DNA from: the human T2T-CHM13v2.0 reference genome, Homo sapiens
NCBI RefSeq assembly: GCF_009914755.1
Contig: NC_060937.1
Length of the DNA stretch: 64,000 nucleotides
Reading direction: 5' to 3' (one strand)
Positions within the stretch are counted from its first letter, which is position 1. Every line of letters starts with the position of its first letter. A program made the translations under genes and the position numbers. Of the stretch, positions 28,423 through 41,930 are shown one piece after another. The notes under the pieces are model-generated. The model saw only the letters and a program-made list of their open reading frames with translations, was not told the origin of the DNA and ran no database searches.

Positions 28423-29741
28423 AAATCTTATATTAAAACAAGAAAGGGAAAGCTTTTTGTGTTTTGAATAGGTACAAATTGCCAGATATGTGAAAAATGA
28501 GAGTGGGAAAGTAGTTTGAGGCAGATCATGGCAGACCTTGATGTTGGAGCTCAGTAGATTGTGTTGAGCATTGTGTTGATGGAGAAACTTTCTGAGGAGG
28601 GTAGTGACTAATTCCCTTATTTTTGGAATCAGACTCCAGTGGCAAAATGGATGACTTACAGAATGGAGACAAGGACAGTTGTTTGGGGGCTGAGTAATTC
28701 AGGTGAAAAATGATGAGGAGAAAAAGAGAAGTGGTCATGAAAACAACTAGGAGATGTAGCTGATAAACTCGGATTAGATTTGGGGGATGGATAAAGAAAA
28801 AGATGAGATAAAATATAACTTGGGTTTTGGCGTGGTTGAAATCTTGTCCCTGAAATGGAACTCAGAGAGAGGCAGATCTGAGAATAAAGAGCTGACCATT
28901 GGGAATTCATGTAGCAGCTCCCTCACAAATCTAGTTTGTAAGTAAGTTAGGAATTGGTGGTCAGTAAATAAAAGGCATTCCTGATACTTCAAGTGATCTC
29001 CTTTAGGTTTTCATTGCTCTTCCTTCCAAACTTATAAGTGACATCAAGGAAGCTGGTTTACAAAATTACTGCTGCATGGAACAATTTTCTCTACCTTCCA
29101 AACATAGAGAGGAAGCAACAGAAACCAATGGAATCCACCAGCACCCTAATTATAAAACACGTGTAGGAAGGGTGCTCTCTGATGCCTGGCATATTCCTGC
29201 CTCAAGGCAGTTGCACCTGCTGTTCCCTCTGCTGAGGGCACCACTCACTCTCACTTTATTTAAATGCCATCTGATGAGAAGGGCTTCTGCAGCCAGCTGA
29301 ATTAGCAGTGGTCGCTCAGCCGGGCACTCTTTTACTAGGCTTCAAAGCACTTCCTAGCAGTTTTCACCACCAGTCTTGATACTATACACTACTCCACATG
29401 TGTGCATTTATTGTTTATTGTCTGTCTTTCCCCGGTAGAAAACAAAATGTTCCATGACAGCAGGGCCTTTGTTTTGCTTACAAACAATGCTACACCATCT
29501 GCTTCTAGAACAGTGCCCACTATGCACTGAGTCTTAAATAAAAATTAAATGAATGGATGCTGCTTTGATTTTGGACTTGGAGCTCTCAGATATCCCAGTT
29601 TCAAGAGTTTTCAAGTTGATTGGTTACTACATGTATAACTCTCAATCACAAGACAACTATGTCCTATTTACTAAATTAAATAAAATTATTAATGCTAAGA
29701 CTCATGGAGATAACTGATTTTACAGATTTTAGGCATTATAA

Positions 29742-29931
29742 CAGTGGTTTTAAAATTTAAGCAAAGATCAGAATCACTTCTTGCTTAAAATCATGCTTAA
29801 AAGCAGATTGCTGGACCCCAGGTCTAGAGGTTCTGATTCAGTAGGTCTGGGCCAGGTCCAAAAATTTACTTCTAACAAGCTTCCAGGTGATAGAGATGTT
29901 GCTAGTCCGGGGAGCACACTGAAAACCACTG
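29742..29931. mobile_element. MER5A (hAT-Charlie MITE) with TIRs and 8-bp TSD
   Basis: CAGTGGTT...AACCACTG termini, TTCTGATTCAGTAGGTCTGGG core; TSD CATTATAA (29734-29741) and CATTACAA (29932-29939). Confidence 0.88.
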
Positions 29932-30117
29932 CATTACAAGCTATAACATAATTGCAGCATACACATGAGAGAAGTCTACAGAGTTTGGGAGTTTAGAAGT
30001 TGCAGTATTTTGGTGGCAAAATAGTAGGCCCCTAATAGAAGAGATTACTGTTCGTCTGTCCCCAAGGCTTGGGGTTTTTCAGCCCATTTTTTGAAGTTTT
30101 CTTTCTTATCTTTAGTT

Positions 30118-30312
30118 TTTAAATTTTTTACATTAATTTAATTGTGCATATTTAAGTACACAACATGATGTTATGGGATACCTATAGATAGCAAAACAGT
30201 TACTACAGTGAAGCAAATGAATGTATCTATCATCACACCCCTTTGTGTGTGTGTGCGTGGCCAGAGCAGCTACAATTTACTCATTTAGCAAAAAATCCTG
30301 AATATAATCTTT
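30118..30312 (-). mobile_element. L1MA 3' end fragment
   Basis: AATTGTGCATATTTAAGTACACAACATGATG...GTTACTACAGTGAAGCAAAT...TACTCATTTAGCAAA. Confidence 0.7.
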
Positions 30313-32287
30313 TACGATACTTGGAACTCTTTTGATTTGCTAATTGGGTTAAGATATCATATTCCATTTCATTCAGTCGCAATACGCTTCTCAAAAAAAA
30401 CTAAATTCATATTAAAAAAAGCACTGATGCTCTAATGGAAAAATGAAAGATATCCTTAGAAGGAGAATGCACCATAGGACTTCTGCTTACTCTCAAGACA
30501 ACATTAAAGAATATTGGAACATTTCTTGGTACAATTATGCAGTATAAGGCCCTGGGAATTTCCTCTTTAAATGTTTTCTCTTGGGCCCTTTTTTGATGTA
30601 TGATTTAAGACCACAAAAATTTTAATGACTAAACATAATATAAATAGAAGGATCATGTTATTTGTCATACAAACCAGAACTCTTTGGGAGAGAATGGGGT
30701 GCTATTAATTACAGTGGGTTAATAGCTATCAAATAGGACTATCCAAAGAGGTATGATCATCTTAGATAGGTTAGAAAATTGTATTAGGTTCAAATCAGTT
30801 CTTGAAAGATTGTTGTTTATTAGTTGGATTTTGTTTTGTGATTCTGAAGTATTTCTGAAATGTATTTACAGATTCTGTGCAAGACCTTCAGTCAATGCTC
30901 CAGTCTACCCTCACACATTGAAAATCTTCACATCTGCACATAGGCTGGAGGCTCCCCGTCGGTGTATGCATATGATCATGATGTAATGGGAGGAACTTTG
31001 TAAGTGGCCAAAATGTAGTTTGCATGCCATCTCGGCTGTGTGGCTTTGGATCTCTCTGCACCTTTGTTTCCCTAGGGGTGAGTGGTGAAGAGTAATACCT
31101 ATCCCATAAAATTACACACATAGCACAAAACACCTAGAGTGTCTGCTCTACAGTATGTGCTTATTAAACACCCATTTTTTTCTTTTCCAAAATACTTTCT
31201 AAAATCTCTATAAGCCAAAAATTTAACCCTAGTATTCTAAGAGGTTCACCTATTTATTAACCCTATAAATGATTTCAAACTATGCTTCTCAGAATCTCCA
31301 AGTGAAAAACCAAATGCTAAGACTAGGGAGAGGCAGACTGGGGCATAATTTATTTAGAAAGCAATCAATGAGAAAACCTCAACCTTATTATCTAATTAGT
31401 CACAGTACTCATTTTATAATTTAACATTAAAGAAGAATGTGCATTTTTAAATCTTCATCAAAGGTGATATAGATTAATAAGTGATAAGAAACACTGAAAG
31501 AAATTGATTAAATTATGAGTTGAATTTCTAGATGAGAGTCAAAAGAAAATGGAAAAAATCTAGCAATGTGTAGAGACTGGGTTAAAGACCAGAGGGCCAT
31601 GGTGTGGTAGTCTGGGTCGCCCACAGCATCAGCTGTTTCTGCTTTTCATAGTCTCTTTGTTCTATTCTCCTCTTAACACACAGATCTCCAAAAGCAGCAA
31701 ACTATTTTGCAAAGTAGCTCTTCTTGGTGGAAGCATCTGCCTCCTGGAGATAGGGGTGAAAGGCTGGGAGGACAGAAGAATCCATGAGTGGGTGGCTGCT
31801 TCGGAAATGGGACAATTACTTTATTCTCATTTCAGGAGCTTTGACCTGAATTCCACATTTCTCAGCTTCCACTAGAATTCCATGCCATGCACTTAACTAT
31901 TCTTCATGCATTATCCTCAGTGACTTTTTAAAATGTCAGAGCTAAAGGAGCTGAGAGGTAAACTAACCCAAGACTCTTAATTTTATAGATAAAGAGAGAC
32001 TCAGAAATGTGAGGTAATGGATCCCATCATATATACGATAAGTGAAGTGCCAGGCCCTTATCTTCTGACTCTTGAAGCTATGTTTCTGTTAGTGGTTCAC
32101 ACTATTTCTTCTCTATTTCTGCCACTAAGGATCCACTCAAAGGGGGTTTCTCCATAGGTCACTCAAATTCCTTGAGTTTCTTCAAAGCTATTCTTAACTC
32201 TGAGATTTAACAATAGGGACTTTTCTAAATACATGATATAAAACCTATATACTGAAGCTCAGTATATCCATTAAAAAACTCATGTTT

Positions 32288-32610
<323 letters not shown>

Positions 32611-34382
32611 TCACAGCATGTGAAAATGCTTATATTGTTTTAAAAACAGAGTACAAAAAGTAGGTACATTATGATGCAAATATCTGTAAAGAGGCTGTAT
32701 GGAAGAATATACACCAAAATATTAATGACCATTAACTCTAGGTGATAATATTGCAGGTAAATTGGCCTCATTTATAGTTTTGTGATTTTCACATATTCTT
32801 CACAAGTATGTATTTTTGTTACTATAAAAGAAAAAAAGGTATCTGAATAGCAGAGAAACAGTCCAGCAAGGAAATATTCTGAGCTGGCTTTATCTAGTCC
32901 ATACTTTTTGCTTTCTCCCTTTATCGCTGGCTTTTTGGTCACCCTCAGTTTTCATCCCTGACTCCCATTATCACTGTGTTCCCAAATGCAAATGCTCATA
33001 GTGATCTCAGCTCACCTGCTCACTACACCTCTGATCTCAAAGGGAACTAATGCTCCTTTTTGTACTCTTACAATTTGGCTGTGATAGAAAATGCCAATGG
33101 AAATGTCCTATAATCAACTGAAACTATAAATGAGAGGCTTCAGCTGGAGATGAGATGGAAAGTCATTTATTTACTGAGGACAGCAAAAGCCTGGGGAACA
33201 AAAGCCAAGGAATCCTTAAAGGGCAGAGACTAGAACAAAAGTTCAAGGCTGGAGTTTAGGGAGAGGGTCATGATTTAGGGTTGGGATGAAGAATAGAGTC
33301 AGGAAACAGAGAGCATAAATAGCAAAAAGTGATGTCATGGAAACCAAGAAGGAAGATCTAAAGTATTAAATGTTATGATATAGGCAGCAGCAGGAGCAGA
33401 ACAATTAAAGAATAAATTGAAAATGTTTAAAAGGATTCATAGGAAAAATATTGTATTGATTATTTAAGAACAATTCTGGGAAAAGGACACACTAAAAACA
33501 TTTTGATACATTGTATTTTATGACTGGAAATAAGGAAAATCATCCTAAGCATAATACCTGGTTTCAGAGGAGGGATAAAATCCAGGAACAAAATTTTTGA
33601 GTGATGGATGCTCACCAAGAAAGCCTTATGACAGGAAAACCAGCAAGCATTAGGCTCAAAGAGACTTTTGGATCATGTACTTTCACACCTGGGTGCCCAG
33701 AAAATATAATATTTTTACTGGAATAAAGGGATGAGACCCTAAGTTCTGCCAGGTACCCTTGAGGGTTAGGAGATCAAATGATCCACATGTCCACTGCCCA
33801 TTCTAAGAACATGGGTGTATCCCACACCCGTAAGAGTAACTCTGGAGCTGGGAATATAGATAAAGAGATATACTATTTACATTACATTATATGGTAGTAC
33901 CTTGCAGGGACATAAGTCCTATGCCAGGGACATCACAAGTGATGTCCACTTAAAATGAAGGCCTAATTTCATCTGGAGTAGATTGGGAACGACTGTCAAG
34001 GAAATAACATCTAACTTAGAAACCAATGGATTTGTCAACAGAATAAAGAATAAAGAGAAGAGCACTGCAAGAAAACCAGAGAAAGAGAAGAGCAAAAAGA
34101 TTAATTCCAAGGGAGGTATGCTGTGTCCTGTGCCCCTCATTTAGGTGGCAGGTGGGAACCAGAGACCCTGAGGCCAGGTCCCACATCTACACCTCCTGGG
34201 ACCATCCCTGGCTGGTGCTACAGGCACTGCAGCTTACGCTTAGCTCTTGGGATGATCCAATTTCATGATTAGGAATGGTTTATTCCCAACACAGGAGGCT
34301 ATAAAATATAAAACCTGTGGATGCCAGCTGTGTGCACACCCAGCAAGAGCCAAAAAAGTGAAATAAAACATGCCTGGGACCC

Positions 34383-35630
34383 TTGATCCCACTGCCAATG
34401 GAGAATGGCTTTCAGTAATTCTGTAACGCCTCAAGATTCCAGAAGCTGACTTTAAAAGTGTAGTTAAAAAAAAAATGGGCTTATTTCACAGTTAATTTCC
34501 AATGATGTTTACCAAAATCTGGCCATAGAAGATTGGATCCACGCCCATATAAATCTAAAAGACAAGCCAGTTTTTTCCTTTTGGAGAAAGTCTGCTGCTG
34601 TTATAAATGATAGGCACCACAGTCCTTGGCAGGAGTGTAACCTGAACCTGTTGAGGGAAGGTATAAAACTGTCCAGAAGAAGTGGAGGAGGAGCAGCCTA
34701 CTGTGATATGGATAGTATCAAGTTGACTTTCCTTACAGCTGCAAACAAGTATGATACAATGGAAAATCTGAAGTTAGTTGTGAGAGCTCTGAATGCTGTC
34801 CAACCCAAATGGAATGTGCAGCCTACCAAAATATTTGCCCTTTTACTTGAAGAACAGTTTAAAATGTCAGGAACAGCTTCTAAGATTAGCTAGATGACTG
34901 TTGATCACTTTATTGCACCTTATTACGTAGCGCTAATGGGACTATCTTGTCTTCTTTGGTAAAGAGCCCTTATCAAGTGATTAGGAGCAATATAACTGCT
35001 AAGATACCTTACTTAGCTAAAACTATTTTGGAAAAGGATCTCATTCTGGCGTGCAAGTACTGCTGAATGCTATTGCTGCAGAATATTCTGCTTATCATCA
35101 AATTGATAATCACATTAAATTAATAAACCCAACAGATGATATGGGTAATATCAAGTTGACTTTCCTTACAGCTGTGTCCTTAGAGTTGACTTTCCCACAT
35201 TAAATTAATAAACCCAACACTGCTTCCTGAAATTAACAGCAAAGTCACAGAATGACAGGCTTGGGAGTGGATATATGGAAAAACTCCAAAATTTAGTATA
35301 GACAGTTACTTTGTTATATGAACAGTCACGCTTGGAAAATTATTCATAGATACAAAAAATGAGAGAATTAAAATTTATAATATTAAAGCACCTAAGCTTT
35401 GGTTATCACTGGAAATGTATAACAAAGTAAATTCAAGTCTTATTGCCAGTAAGTTTTACCCAGTTGAAACGACTGTGCTAACAAATATATTGCTTAGAAT
35501 ATGTCCAGAAGACCATGTACTACAGAGGAAATTGAATACTCCCTGTGAATAAAGAGAGCCATGGGATTCCAGGTAAGTTTCTTAATGCTGACAGTTTCAA
35601 TGAGAAAATAAAAATTTCAAATTAAAAAAA
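34383..35630 (+). pseudogene. LIPT1P1: Lipoyltransferase 1 (LIPT1) pseudogene, near full-length CDS plus 3' UTR, multiply disabled
   Basis: Translates to [79 protein letters not shown], matching LIPT1; frameshifts and stops; AATAAA then a short A-run at ~35607-35630. The symbol is inferred from memory of one known LIPT1 pseudogene. Confidence 0.92.
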
Positions 35631-36914
35631 GATTCACTTGAGGGACTGAAATAAATTTGATGAGGCTGACTGGATTATAAATGTGTGTTTCTGTGCCTAA
35701 TGGTGGGCAGGGCAGTGTAAGACATGAGCTGTCTCAGGAACCACGTAACTATTTCTATGGGAATACAATGCTAAGCTGAGGGACCATAGGCCACAAGATA
35801 AGCTTAGTTTCTTACATCAAAGATGTTGTGACCAAGTATATGTTTGAGTTTTTGTTGTTGTTGTCTGGGTGCTTTCTTTTTGTTTGGTTTGCTTGTTTCT
35901 TTATTGCAAGGGGTTAGCTTTTTTTTTTTTTTTAATTTGGGCATTGGGAACAATTTACATAGAAAATGCACATAATGCTAAGAAATACCTGAAGAAGCAA
36001 GGCCTGCTCTTTCCTTTGACAGCTTTCTTCTGGTTTCAAAAATGGCATCCTCTAGTTGGAACTAGTGGATATTTTAAATGCTTCCAATGCCCATATATAT
36101 AGCCAAAATGAATAGATATTGAACTTTATAAGGAAATCGAAGACACCACTCAGTTAGTGATCAAATGGAGAAGAAATCCCGGCTTTTCAACTCCCTGGTG
36201 CTTTTGTTGTTTTCTCAAATGTCCCCTCTTGCTTTCTCATACCTCCCCAGAGAGTTATCTCTATGTTATTCCCACTGACAGGAAAGTTGCCAAGTTGATT
36301 CAAGTGCTGCTGAGTACCAGATTTCATCAGGGAGCTTGTATCCCATGCTTCTGCATTGACTAGCATTATTCAATCAAAATAACACAAATAAAATAAAATA
36401 GCATTTACTCCATCAGGTTGGAAGGTAAAGTATACGGTGACTTTAGGAGAGAGGGAAAGGGACATTCCTAATAAACTTATACTTGAAAAGGGTCTAGAAA
36501 TAATTCCAGACATTTTCTGCTAGTTCGATTACATTTGAGGAGAGAAAAGAGATGAGTCACTTCAGAATGTTATGTTCAATGCAGGAGTAGACAACAGCTG
36601 TTTCATCAGACCAGACTGGAATGTACTAGGTTCACCATACCATAGACCAAGGGATGGCATATGCAAAAGTGTGACTGGGAGCCTTCTTTTGAAACCAGAG
36701 ACACTTCAGCCAAAGTATTCTCTGTAGCAAAACAACCTGATCTTTACTGGAATGTGTGAAAACTTTAGTGATGCTCTCTCTCTATAACAACAAGCCTCTC
36801 TCTAGTTATAGTCCCTCGATGCACCAATGAACCTGATTACTGATTGGAACTGGATGTGAGGTTATCTTATTCCTCAGTAATTATCTTGACTGAGTTGCCT
36901 TTGGAGAAACAGGC

Positions 36915-37281
36915 TGATATGGTTTGGCTGTGTCCCCACCCAAATCCCATTTTGAATCCCATAATCCCCACAGGTCATGGGAGGCATCCGATGGGAGGTA
37001 ATTGAATCATGGGGGCTGTAACCCCCATGCTGCTGTTCTCATGATAGTGAGTGAATTCTCACAATATCTGATGGTTTTATATGGGGCTTTACCCCCTTTG
37101 CTTGGCACTTCTTCCTTCCACCATGTGAAGAAGGATGTGTTTGCGTCCCCTTCTGATATGACTGTAAGTTTCCTGAGGCCTCCCCAGTCCTGTGGAACTG
37201 TGAGTTAATTAAACCTCTTTCCTTTATAAATTACCCAGTCATGGGTATTTCTTCATAGCAGCATGAAAATGAACTAACACA
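36915..37281 (+). mobile_element. THE1 (THE1C/D-like) MaLR solo LTR
   Basis: TGATATGGTTTGGCTGTGTCCCCACCCAAATC...ATTAAACCTCTTTCCTTTATAAATTACCCAGTC...GAACTAACACA; 5-bp TSD CAGGC at 36910-36914 and 37282-37286. Confidence 0.92.
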
Positions 37282-38982
37282 CAGGCATTTATGTGGAGGC
37301 ATCAATTCCTTTCCAAAGAAGAGATTGCATTAGGAATGTCAGGCAATGGATGACATTTGGACATATGATTTCATTTATTACTGGGATTTATTCTGAGAAA
37401 GTAATTCAAACTTTAATACAAATTGTGCAAGTTTTGCTTTAGTACCTGTTTTCCACAGAAAGGACTCCTTTTTAGTTATCATATCCATTCAGTGATGCTG
37501 TTATCAAAATCCCTACATGGATATATAATCAAATGCAAATAAGCCCAAGAAATGTCTATTTTGCTCTTGAATTACAGCATTCTCTATGCAAATAAGAGTT
37601 TTTAAACTTGCACAGAGATTTCTGTGTTCAATGCCAGCACCATACAAAACATTTAATGTGCACTAGGCTTCAAGGTTTTAATGCTTTTCATCTTTTTCTT
37701 TCCACAGAGCAGGAACAGTGCCAGTTCACAGATCTCTCCAATATGCTATGTATGTTTTTCTGACTGATGTTAGAAGTTTCTCTGATTTTTAAAGTTCAGT
37801 GCACATCAGCACAAGCAAATATGATATTTACAAAGATGACTGCTGAGAGTTCCAAAGTCATCCGAAAAAGGACATTAGATGACACGTTTTTAAAGGCTTC
37901 TCAGCACCAATAAAACACGGAAAAGTCCAATGATGTAAATTAATCTTATAAAACTAGCTAGTAAAACACATAAACCTGATATAATACATGAAATAAATGT
38001 CAATCTTTCCTGAAATACTATTCCTGATATAATTTGTAATCTGTTTGGAGAAATGGACCAATTTTGATCTCTCAAGCATTTCTGAGATAAATTAGGCAAA
38101 GCCTTTGCATAATTAAGGCCATCATGATAATCATTTGGAAAAGTCATAAGAAAAATTAAAGCAAATGAGAGCTTGTTCCCAAGCTTGCAATTATGTAGGG
38201 TGTTTGTATTGTACTTGTAATAAATACAACCACCACTCTTACTTATCTGTAAAGTGTACATGAGCTGAAATTACTTCTCCAGTTGTCTATCTACCCTCAA
38301 TTTATTCAAATAAAATCAGTAAGTACTAGGTACAAGTTCTTAGTGCTACAAAGGGCTCAAGAGACAAATGGGACATATTCTGTCATTAAGAAGTTTAAAA
38401 TCTTATTGGGGAAAATGTTAACAAGGGGAGAACCTGGGGAAATGTATACAGAACTCATTATATTTGCAACTTCATGTAAATCTGAAATTATTTCAAGAAA
38501 AATTGTTACAAAAAACTTATTTGTGAACTAAAATATATCCATGTGTAATTACAAAGCAATAAGGCATAAATAAAGACAGCTGATGAAGAACAGCAGGTGT
38601 TACTTGCCAATCAACAATACTGATGGTGAATACTGGGGGCCTTGGGATAAGCCAGCCAGTTAACCACAAGGTAGATCTGGCAAACCACTGCCTCAGTGTG
38701 AGGCCACCTATTTTCAATCTGTTGTCATTATGTAGTGAGACCCTGAAAGCAAACTTATTTTACAAATACCACAAAATATCATAGAAGTTTTGTAGAAACT
38801 CCTGACCTTTTTTTAAAAGGTAACTCCTTTTTTGTTCCACCCAAGCACACCCAAACCAAAAGCAACCAAACTGAATTTTGAAAGACACAAGCCTTTTAGT
38901 ACCTACAATAAGCCAAAATAAATAACCAAAGGCCTTGAAAAATACCAAGGACTGAAATATGAGTCACAAAATCTTACTTCTT

Positions 38983-39296
<314 letters not shown>

Positions 39297-40165
39297 AAAA
39301 TCTTACTTCTTAGAGTGTGGTCAAATACTGATAAATCAGAAAGAAATCAATTTTCTAGAAAACAAAGGATATAACACATTTATAAATAAAGTTTTAAACT
39401 GTAATCCCCAGTGCAGCTATTTTAATTAGCATGGTCCTCTAAATTTGTTTTAGAGAAAACAAAAGGAAAGGAAGTAGTTGTTTTCATGAGTAACAAGGGT
39501 CTAAGGTATAACCTCAGTTGTGATGATCTCCCTCTGAATCATGAAATGGTCTAAACTGAATATAATGCTTTATGTATAGTGTATGTGTTCAAGTATTAAT
39601 AAATCTGAGGTATGGTCAGCAAGTTGCATTTTGAGGCAAATGTGTCTCATAATCAAAAGCCATGAATGCATTGCATTTATTGTATAGATGTGGGAAATAG
39701 GGCACATAAAAACAAAACTGGGCAGAGTATAGAACAATGAGCACGTCTCTAGACTCCTAGTTAGTGAGCAACAAAGCATGAATCAAGACTGGCTAGGTAA
39801 GAGAGGTGAGTCCCACCTCGCTCTGACACTGTCCAACAGGTGGTGACATTCAGGGACTCTGTGACTCCATCTCTTTGTCAAGTGATGTTCATCAAACTCT
39901 TTATATTAATTGCCAAGGAGCTTATCCCTGTGAGAGCTCACTCTGAAAATGGAAGAGCTGTGAAAATGCCTCTGATTTTCATCAAAATAATCACAGGGGG
40001 TTATTAACTTTTCACTCTATATTTCTATATTTAAAGGACATGGTTCTCCCGGGGATGTCTTTTAGATAATATAATAATGAGAAAGCTATAATGAGTTTCT
40101 TCAGTACCAAGGCATTTTGTTATTTGTTGGAATAAAGTGGAGCAGATGAAGAATAAAGAAATCAG

Positions 40166-40241
40166 GGAATGGGTGTATAATACAAGAAGCTTTAGATTGC
40201 ATTGGAATGGGTGTATAACACAACAAGCTTTAGATTGCACT
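40166..40241 (+). repeat. 38-bp tandem duplication
   Basis: GGAATGGGTGTATAA(T/C)ACAA(G/C)AAGCTTTAGATTGCA present twice. Confidence 0.9.
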
Positions 40242-41379
40242 GAGAATCAAGGCAGGGATGAGACCAGGCTACAGGTGAGAATGAATCATCCTATTTCACT
40301 GCATCCCTATTTGTAATTCAGGTAGAAATTACCATCCTCTAGAGATCCTCTAATTCCATCTTATTAGACAACACTATAATGATCGCCAAGAGAAAAATAA
40401 AGGAAAATCAGATTACCAACTGCCATCTAATTGGTGTGTATCTATTACGTATGCATGGGCTGCTAGAGACTGGCACAAATCTTTACTACCTGAAAGCAAT
40501 GGAATGATCTTCTGAATATCTGTCTTGAAAACATATTGATCCACAGCTACTAAATTTCTTATTATTTCCCATGTGAGGAAAGACCTCTCCAAGTCACTCC
40601 ACCTTTATTAAAAGTCATTTCTGTTGACTGTTCATTTGATGAACAGACCTCAGTACTCAACAGTGCTATTCTGCACTTCCTAAGGCATCTGTGTATTTTG
40701 GGTTCTATAAGTCTTCCCATTAAACTGTGATATTATAGGTCAGGTGCTAGAAAGACTTGACATCTTGCACTGGGAAAGTACAAAGATAGTGACGTTCAGT
40801 CATGTAATGTAATGTAATTCCATTGCCTTTGGGTCACACATTTGGATAATTGACAGCCTTTAAATAACAAGATGGTTGGTATATTTCTCAGTTCTTTCCA
40901 CGTGTTTTTTTTTATTGCTCTCTTGAACTACAAAAATATGAATATGGATGTAAATGTTCATGTTTTCCAGGATGTGAGCAGCTGTTCTCTTGAACTTGTT
41001 ACGGGAACTAATCTATTTAATATAAATCAAACACATTTTCAGTAGGGACTTTTAAGAACAGTGAAACTGATGTGTAATCACAACACAATTTAATTTTTGG
41101 GTGGGAAAGATCAAGAAAGTGTCATCTGTTAATTACTCCTGTTATACGATCTAATTTTACCATTTCTAAATCTGTATTATATCCTTAATAAAAATAAAAT
41201 ATATCCATTCCAATTTACAGAAGACTATTAAAAAATGTAGGTCAACTTGAATATTTGTTGGTTATGAGATTATAAAAAAAATTTCTCCTTTAATATAAAA
41301 GCCATACATGTCCTTTGAAGAAAACAAATGGAGTACAGATTTAAAAATTAGGGAAAAAGCCGTATATTTTACATGTTTA

Positions 41380-41930
41380 ACACCTTGCTGTATATTCATT
41401 CAGGCTTTACCATGTACATTTGTCCTTCTGTGTATTGTGTGTGTCTATAAGATCATGCTTGAAATCATATTTTGTAACACATTTTTATTTAGTAATACAC
41501 TATAAACTTCTTTCCATGTGAACAGTTTAGATGGGTGGATGGATGGATGGATAAATCGGTAATAGATATTTACAATATAATATTTGATGGCTAAATAGTA
41601 GTTAACTCTATTGGTAAATTTTCCAATCAATCTCCTATTGTCAATTGGTTGGAAATAGTTTTTTATCAGTTTGACGTGCATGAGTTTGTGGTTTCACTGT
41701 GCATTGTAATCAACATACTTGTATTGATATCTATACACATGTTCTAAATTATTTTACAATATGATTTTGGAAATAAAAAGTTTAGTCAAAATATATGTTC
41801 TTCTGAATATTTTTATGGGATTAAAAAATTGTTCTTCAAAAAGTCTACACCAATTTAAACATCCACCATGAGGATACCACCTTGAAAATTTCTGAACATC
41901 TTCACAATTACTAGTCATTATCTTTGAAAA
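41380..41930 (-). mobile_element. Old L1M (L1ME-like) fragment
   Basis: TCTTTCCATGTG, CCAATCAATCTCCTATTG, AAAAGTCTACACCAATTTAAACATCCACCA motifs; highly diverged. Confidence 0.5.

Noticed and set aside
34651-34893. 80-aa ORF as a functional lipoyltransferase
   Set aside because: It starts at TTG and is a fragment between frameshifts and stops of a decayed pseudogene.
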